A stretch of 64,000 nucleotides of DNA from an uncultured Clostridia bacterium. GTDB taxonomy: Bacteria; Bacillota; Clostridia; Oscillospirales; Acutalibacteraceae. The number at the start of each line of letters is the position of its first letter. The first letter of the stretch is position 1. Shown here one piece after another: positions 58,919 through 64,000 of the stretch. The stretch spans positions 18,069-82,068 of the forward strand of contig CAUBKG010000001.1 of NCBI GenBank assembly GCA_958436475.1, written 5' to 3'. The translations under genes and the position numbers were made by a program. A model generated the notes under the pieces. It saw only the letters and a program-made list of their open reading frames with translations. It did not search any database and was not told the DNA's origin.

Positions 58919-60121
58919 TTATTTTTTCCAATATATGGTGTATCGGTTCTTCCCGTTCTGCTTGGACTGGTAGAGAGCCGCATCCGCGCTTTGGAACAGC
59001 GAGGCATAGGTAAGGCCGCAATCGGGAGAAAAGGCGATGCCCACGCTCGCAGAAAGATCGAAGCAGCGGTCTTCCTCACAGCGGCGGCCGCAGCAGGCAT
59101 TGCAAATCTCTTCCGCCTTTTGATAAGCCAGTTCCCTGCTTCCGCAGTCGCTCAAAAATACGACGAACTCATCGCCGCCCACACGGCCTACGACGTCCGA
59201 CGAACGGAACAGGCTTTGCAGCTTACCGGAAACCTCCCGCAGGATACAATCCCCCTGCAGGTGGCCAAGATTATCATTGATCTGCTTGAAGCCGTCTAAA
59301 TCAACAACCATGAGCGCATGGAGCTTGCCAGGCGCCGCGAGGAGGATGCGGTTGATTTCCTGCTCCGCGGTTCCCTTGTTGTACAGGTTCGTCAGGCTGT
59401 CCCGTTCGGCTTTGTGCACCAAATCGAGATACCTCCGCTTTTTCTGGTCGATATTCCTTAAAAAGCCGAGGGCATAAACCGTATCGTCGGAGCCGATCTT
59501 CAGCGGAAACATCCGCAGGGATACCCAGCGCGGCTCGCCGCCGTCCTCTCCCTTTCGCCGGTATTCCAGCGCAATTACGGAGCCGGGCGCCTGCGAGCAA
59601 ACCTCCATCAGATACCCGCGGCTGAACCGGAGCGAAAAAGCGGCGGCATCATCCGGAACGACCGCGTTCCCGGCAATGCTTGCAATCGCTTCGGAATACG
59701 AATCGAACGGTGGAAGGCCATACAGCGAGGCAAGCTCTTCCTGCCCATATAAAAAGCAATCGTTCGTGAGATCGATCTCAAGCGTTGTTGTGCCGCCGGC
59801 CGCGAGAGCTGCGCGGTAACCTCTGACCTGCTCCTCAATATACTGCACCCGGCGAAAGGCGGACTGCAAAAAGCCGGGAGCACCCCAAGTCCCCTCTCCG
59901 TCTGGCAGCAGGGAGCGAAGCTCCTTCTCCAGCTTTTCCGCAGGCGAGAGGAGCAGACGGCCGCAGAGCCATGCCCCGCCGGCTGCAAGAAGCATCAGGA
60001 TGGGGATTGCCGCCGCAAGAACCTTCCAGTCAATCTGGCCGAGGCAGGCGGAAACAAGCAGCACAACGATTCCCGGTACGAAAAAAAGGAGAAACAGCCC
60101 CGCCAAATATTTTTTATTCAT
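58919..60121 (-). CDS. membrane-anchored sensor diguanylate cyclase (GGDEF)
   Basis: Two N-terminal TM helices, a PAS-like region and a C-terminal GGDEF domain (RVGGDEF) with a RxxD I-site-like motif. Confidence 0.85.
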   Translation of the reverse strand: MNKKYLAGLFLLFFVPGIVVLLVSACLGQIDWKVLAAAIPILMLLAAGGAWLCGRLLLSPAEKLEKELRSLLPDGEGTWGAPGFLQSAFRRVQYIEEQVRGYRAALAAGGTTTLEIDLTNDCFLYGQEELASLYGLPPFDSYSEAIASIAGNAVVPDDAAAFSLRFSRGYLMEVCSQAPGSVIALEYRRKGEDGGEPRWVSLRMFPLKIGSDDTVYALGFLRNIDQKKRRYLDLVHKAERDSLTNLYNKGTAEQEINRILLAAPGKLHALMVVDLDGFKQINDNLGHLQGDCILREVSGKLQSLFRSSDVVGRVGGDEFVVFLSDCGSRELAYQKAEEICNACCGRRCEEDRCFDLSASVGIAFSPDCGLTYASLFQSADAALYQSKQNGKNRYTIYWKK

Positions 60122-60237
60122 GCCGCCCTCACCTGCCTATTTATATTAATTCTATTTGTTAAAAATGTACGTATTCATTATAATTCTTTTTTCCCGATGA
60201 AGCAAATAAAATATCAAAATATCCGTTTTCTTTTTTG

Positions 60238-60322
60238 GCGCTACGGCCTCTTCGTGTCCGAGCGCTGAGATTTTACGTCCGTTGCGCGTGCAGCGGGCAA
60301 CATGGACGATTTTTATAGATTA
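60238..60322 (-). repeat. intergenic repeat family, full copy 3 (inverted orientation)
   Basis: The reverse complement matches 28568-28650 at about 85 percent. Confidence 0.55.
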
Positions 60323-60389
60323 TCTTAAAAAAACAAAAAAGCGTATATCCCGCAAGGGCATACGCTTTTTCCGGCTTTGCGGAAACCTT

Positions 60390-61055
60390 TTATTGGAAAG
60401 ACGGAGGCGTAACAGGCTTATTGGCGAAATCGGACGCGGGAGACGGATTAGACATGCTGAAATACATTTTTGCCGCCTTTGTGGTGCCGAAATCGCGGTT
60501 TGAGCCGGTGTCCTGCACCTTATTAAACGCTTCGCGGAACATTGCATTGTGTGCTTCTTCCCGGTTCAGCAGAAAATCAATGGTTTCCCGCACTTTTTTA
60601 TCTTCGATCTGACGGTATAAATATTCATACACGACCTTCGCTCTCTGTTCCGATGCGATATCGGAAAGCAGGTCGGCACATAAATCTCCTGTAACCGTCA
60701 CATAATCGCTCGTCCAAGAATAGCCGGAGGCGTTGATCAGCCCCGGATTGAGGCCGTATAGAACATGCGACTGTATTTCTCCCGCCGGGACCTTCGCGGC
60801 GTCCACGTCGTGCCCGTTCAAAAGGTTGATCGTTTGCGATACCATTTCAAGATGCCCGAGCTCTTCTGCGGCAATGTCCAGAAACAAGTCCTTGATTTCC
60901 GGATCCTTGATGCGGAAGCTCTGAGACATTTACTGCAAGGCCGCTTTCAATTCCCCATTCGCCCCGCCCAGCTGCTCCTGCAGCAGTGCGGCATATTGGG
61001 GATTGGGCGCTTCTACTCCAACCGGATGAAATAATTCCTTTTCATGCTTAAACAT
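60390..61055 (-). pseudogene. Mn-catalase / CotJC-family ferritin-like protein interrupted by an in-frame TAA
   Basis: The upstream frame MFKHEKELFHPVGVEAPNPQYAALLQEQLGGANGELKAALQ*, with an AGGAGTGG RBS, runs straight into MSQSF...EELGHLEM. The TAA at 60930-60932 replaces the conserved Tyr of the family GELAAAxxY motif. Confidence 0.65.
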
Positions 61056-61386
61056 AAAGATTCCACTCCTTTCATAAAAAAGTCTGCGCAATATTTGAGA
61101 ATTTATGCCGCTCGATATCTGAATTCGGAGCCGAGTCGGTGATAGAATAAATATTCAGCAAAGGCTGCCATGCAATGCTTGGCGTTATAAAAAATCACCC
61201 ACACGTTCGCTTTCAGTTATGAAAGTTAAGCGTGTGGGTGAGTTGTTTTCTGTATTGCTTCCGCCTTTGGGCATTCGGCAGAAGTACTTCTTATTGCACG
61301 GGCAGCCGAATGACCGCTCCCTGCATAGGCACACATCGGATTTTTTTCGTCTTCGTACCTCATTGTTCATGGAAAATTTTTTGTTG

Positions 61387-61731
61387 TTAGAAATTCCCGC
61401 CGTTCCAGCCCCAGTGCTGTGTTTCGCTGTATTTCACATAAACTCCATCCGACGGGATGCCGAGTTCATTGCTTAAAATATCGGTGATCTCCCTCGTTAA
61501 GCGCTCATAGGCTTCCCCCGGGGCGGAGCCAAAAACGCTCACCTCCACATAGGCCAGCTTCTCCTCCCCTTTTCCCCGGAAATAGATGTGGCAGTTCTCT
61601 TCGAAGGTAAGCATCAGCCAGCTTTCGCTTTTTCCAGGAAGCAGAGAAATTGCTTTTCCAAGCTTTTCTTTCAGGATTTTTTCTTTTTCCGCTCCAATTG
61701 GCACATTTGTCTTCGTTTCAATGCAGGGCAT
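61387..61731 (-). CDS. MIF / tautomerase superfamily protein (Pro-1 enzyme)
   Basis: ATG at 61731 gives MPCIETKTN.., with Pro right after the initiator Met and a size of 114 aa, as in MIF/ATLS1-like tautomerases. Confidence 0.65.
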   Translation of the reverse strand: MPCIETKTNVPIGAEKEKILKEKLGKAISLLPGKSESWLMLTFEENCHIYFRGKGEEKLAYVEVSVFGSAPGEAYERLTREITDILSNELGIPSDGVYVKYSETQHWGWNGGNF

Positions 61732-61830
61732 GCTGCTTTCTCCTTTCAACGCATAAGATGTAGCAATATAGGAAGGCCGCCGGCTCCGCGTCTGATCGCA
61801 TCGGGGCGGCGGCCTTCGTGTTTCATTCGG

Positions 61831-62262
61831 TTAGATTTCGCACAGGTCATCCTGGGAAATGAGAGTAATATTGTTCTTCGTTAAAATCTCGGCGGCCTTT
61901 TCATTGTCTTCCACGCGGAGGATCATATATGCGAGGTCCTTTTTGCGCGTGATGAACGCATAGGTGTATTCGAGGTTTATGCTGTGGTCCCGCAGGATGT
62001 TCAGGATATTCAGCAGGCTGCCCGCCTCATCGGGGATCGCAATGGCCAGCACGGGCGTGATGGAAAAAATATATCCCGCATCGCGCAGCACACAAGCCGT
62101 TTTATACGAATCGTCCACAATGATCCGGAGAATGCCGAAATCACGCGATTCCGCAATGGACAAAGCGCGCATGTCGATCTGGCTGCGGTAGAGTACGTCT
62201 GCGATATCCGCAAGGCACCCGGGTTTGTTCTCAATAAACACAGATATTTGCTTGACTGTCAT
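61831..62262 (-). CDS. ACT domain protein
   Basis: Two ACT-like halves; the canonical partner of PaaK-like ligases. Confidence 0.75.
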   Translation of the reverse strand: MTVKQISVFIENKPGCLADIADVLYRSQIDMRALSIAESRDFGILRIIVDDSYKTACVLRDAGYIFSITPVLAIAIPDEAGSLLNILNILRDHSINLEYTYAFITRKKDLAYMILRVEDNEKAAEILTKNNITLISQDDLCEI

Positions 62263-62282
62263 AACGCGAACCTCCCTTATTC

Positions 62283-63593
62283 TTAATACAGCTTGCGCTT
62301 GTCGATAACGCGGACGGCCTTCCCTTCGCTGCGGACGATCGTCTTCGGCGCCACGAGCTGAACGTTAGCGTAAATGCCGAGCATGGCCTTGAGTGCCTCC
62401 ACCAGCTCTTTTTCGCGGTCGGAAACGCGGCTGAGCGTATCGGAGAACATCTCGGGCGTCATTTCCACCTGAACCTCCAGCTTATCGCTGTTGTTTTCAC
62501 GGCTGACGATGATCTGGTAATTGGCCGGATATCCCTTGTTCAGCAGCACGGTTTCAATCTGCGAGGGGAACACGTTCACGCCCTTGACGATGAGCATATC
62601 GTCGCTGCGGCCCATGGGCTTGGTCATCTTCACATGGGTGCGCCCGCAGGAGCATTTTTCATGGCTGAGCACGCAGATATCGCGCGTGCGGTAGCGGAGC
62701 AGCGGAAACGCTTCCTTCGTAATGCTCGTGAACACGAGCTCGCCCTTCTCCCCATCGGGAAGGACCTCCCCCGTAACCGGGTCGATGATTTCCGCAATGA
62801 AATGGTCTTCGTTGATATGCATCCCCGTCTGTTCGCTGCACTCAAAGGAAACGCCCGGGCCGGAAATTTCTGTTAACCCATAAATATCGTATGCTTTGAT
62901 GCCGAGTTTATTCTGAATATCCTGGCGCATCTCTTCGCTCCAGGCTTCCGCGCCGAAAATACCGGCCTTCAGCTTGATTTTATCCTGCAAGCCCCTCTCA
63001 CAGATATTTTCCGCGAGATAAGCGGCATACGACGGCGTGCAGCAGAGGATAGTGGAACCGAGGTCGCACATGAACTGGATCTGGCGCTCCGTATTTCCGG
63101 AAGACATCGGGAGAGTCAGCGAGCCGATCTTATGCGAACCGCCGTTGAGGCCCGGGCCGCCGGTGAAAAGGCCGTAGCCATAGCATACATGAACCACGTC
63201 GTCCGGCGTTCCGCCCGCCGCGGCAATGGCGCGTGCGCAGCAGTCTTCCCAAAGGTCCAGGTCGTGCTGGGTGTAAAACGCAACCACGCGGCGGCCGGTG
63301 GTACCGCTGGTGGACTGGATGCGCACCGCATCCCTTCTCGGCACGGCCAGAAGGCCGTAGGGGTAAGCATCGCGCAAATCGTCTTTGGTCAAAAACGGGA
63401 GCTTATGGAGATCGTCCACCGATTTGATATCGTCCGGCGAAACGCCCTTCTGATCCATCATGTTCCGGTAATAAGCGACGTTTTCGTATACGTGCTTTAC
63501 CGTTTTTACGAGGCGCTCATCCTGCCACGCGCGAATCTGCTCACGGGAGGCGCACTCTATTTCCGGCTGATAATAATGTTCCATCGCAAACAT
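62283..63593 (-). CDS. phenylacetate--CoA ligase family protein (PaaK-like adenylate-forming enzyme)
   Basis: AMP-binding STSGTTGRRV motif and PaaK-family N-terminus. ATG at 63593 with a GAAAGGA RBS. Confidence 0.85.
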   Translation of the reverse strand: MFAMEHYYQPEIECASREQIRAWQDERLVKTVKHVYENVAYYRNMMDQKGVSPDDIKSVDDLHKLPFLTKDDLRDAYPYGLLAVPRRDAVRIQSTSGTTGRRVVAFYTQHDLDLWEDCCARAIAAAGGTPDDVVHVCYGYGLFTGGPGLNGGSHKIGSLTLPMSSGNTERQIQFMCDLGSTILCCTPSYAAYLAENICERGLQDKIKLKAGIFGAEAWSEEMRQDIQNKLGIKAYDIYGLTEISGPGVSFECSEQTGMHINEDHFIAEIIDPVTGEVLPDGEKGELVFTSITKEAFPLLRYRTRDICVLSHEKCSCGRTHVKMTKPMGRSDDMLIVKGVNVFPSQIETVLLNKGYPANYQIIVSRENNSDKLEVQVEMTPEMFSDTLSRVSDREKELVEALKAMLGIYANVQLVAPKTIVRSEGKAVRVIDKRKLY

Positions 63594-63689
63594 ATCCTTT
63601 CTTCCCGGACAGCGGCGCGGCAGATTCCGGCCCCGTCCATCCAAAATAATCCGGTTCCATCATACCATGTTTTGCGGGGCGCGTAAATA

Positions 63690-63738
63690 AAAACAGCCGA
63701 AAAACTTTCTTCTTCTGCACAGAAAAACAGCCCTGTGC
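63690..63738 (-). terminator. intrinsic terminator
   Basis: AAACAGCCCTGTGCACTGCGCACAGGGCTGTTT followed by a T-run on the minus strand. Confidence 0.55.
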
Positions 63739-63772
63739 GCAGTGCACAGGGCTGTTTCGGCTATTGCTTTGT

Positions 63773-63997
63773 TTACTTGGAAAGTTCGTCCGCATGGCCA
63801 TAAAGGTTCAGGCGGAACAGCATGGATTCATCTTCCACGGATGAACATTCGATCTGGGCCTCGGAGATTTTGCCGCCCTCGATCAGCTTGGTAAGGCCGA
63901 TCATCTGGCACAGCTTGCTCTTTAAGTTGAGGCGGTCTCCTTCATCGGATACCAGATACACATCCGATTGGCATTTGTCCAGTGCTTTGATAAACAA
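63773..63997 (-). CDS. hypothetical protein, 3' part only (continues past window edge?)
   Basis: Open frame to the window edge; no motif recognised. Confidence 0.3.
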   Translation of the reverse strand: MFIKALDKCQSDVYLVSDEGDRLNLKSKLCQMIGLTKLIEGGKISEAQIECSSVEDESMLFRLNLYGHADELSK

Positions 63998-64000
63998 TTG

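Noticed and set aside
61185-61370. 61-aa Cys-rich ORF (CLCRERSFGCPCNKKYFC)
   Set aside because: No RBS, and a perfect terminator hairpin lies inside it. More likely untranslated leader or terminator sequence.
1-64000. CRISPR arrays, transposases, integrases, phage genes
   Set aside because: None found. No regularly spaced direct repeats, and no DDE, tyrosine-recombinase or serine-recombinase motifs in any frame.

Overview
The window is a roughly 58% GC chromosomal segment from a Clostridia-like Firmicute; an Oscillospiraceae/Ruminococcaceae-type genome is my guess from gene content. Almost everything is encoded on the minus strand.

Most of it is conserved housekeeping: proC, yajC, holA, comEC, a HIT protein, alaS behind a T-box leader, two tandem M42 aminopeptidases, murD, a type-A RNase P RNA, a TPP-riboswitch-controlled thiS-thiG-thiH-thiF-thiE-thiC operon, nfnAB, clpE, pgsA, cvpA, truA, ecfT-ecfA2-ecfA1, glmM, ruvCAB, glutathione peroxidase, tRNA-Gln and tRNA-His, and degV.

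Accessory or notable content:
- A SCIFF ribosomal-peptide locus: a 45-aa Cys-rich precursor that the ORF track missed, its radical-SAM/SPASM maturase, and an adjacent small membrane protein and MFS transporter.
- A complete Gram-positive type IV pilus cluster: pilC-pilM-pilN-pilO, a PilX-like protein, two minor pilins, pilD encoded on the opposite strand, then pilB-pilT and two tandem major pilins. A membrane GGDEF diguanylate cyclase sits immediately upstream.
- A previously unannotated intergenic repeat of about 85 nt, present in three copies, two of which flank an EamA transporter gene.
- A duplicated 24-nt 3' end of tRNA-Gln plus a duplicated hairpin module, which looks like an integration or deletion scar.
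- A CotJC-type Mn-catalase gene interrupted by an in-frame TAA at a conserved Tyr codon.
- Several perfect palindromic operator-like sites: upstream of the ZIP transporter, the EamA transporter and the pilC operon.
- A PaaK-like ligase, ACT protein and MIF-family tautomerase cluster at the window edge.

No CRISPR array, transposase, integrase or phage genes were seen. Coordinates of non-ORF features were hand-indexed and may be off by 1-2 nt. Family assignments come from motif recognition only, not database searches.
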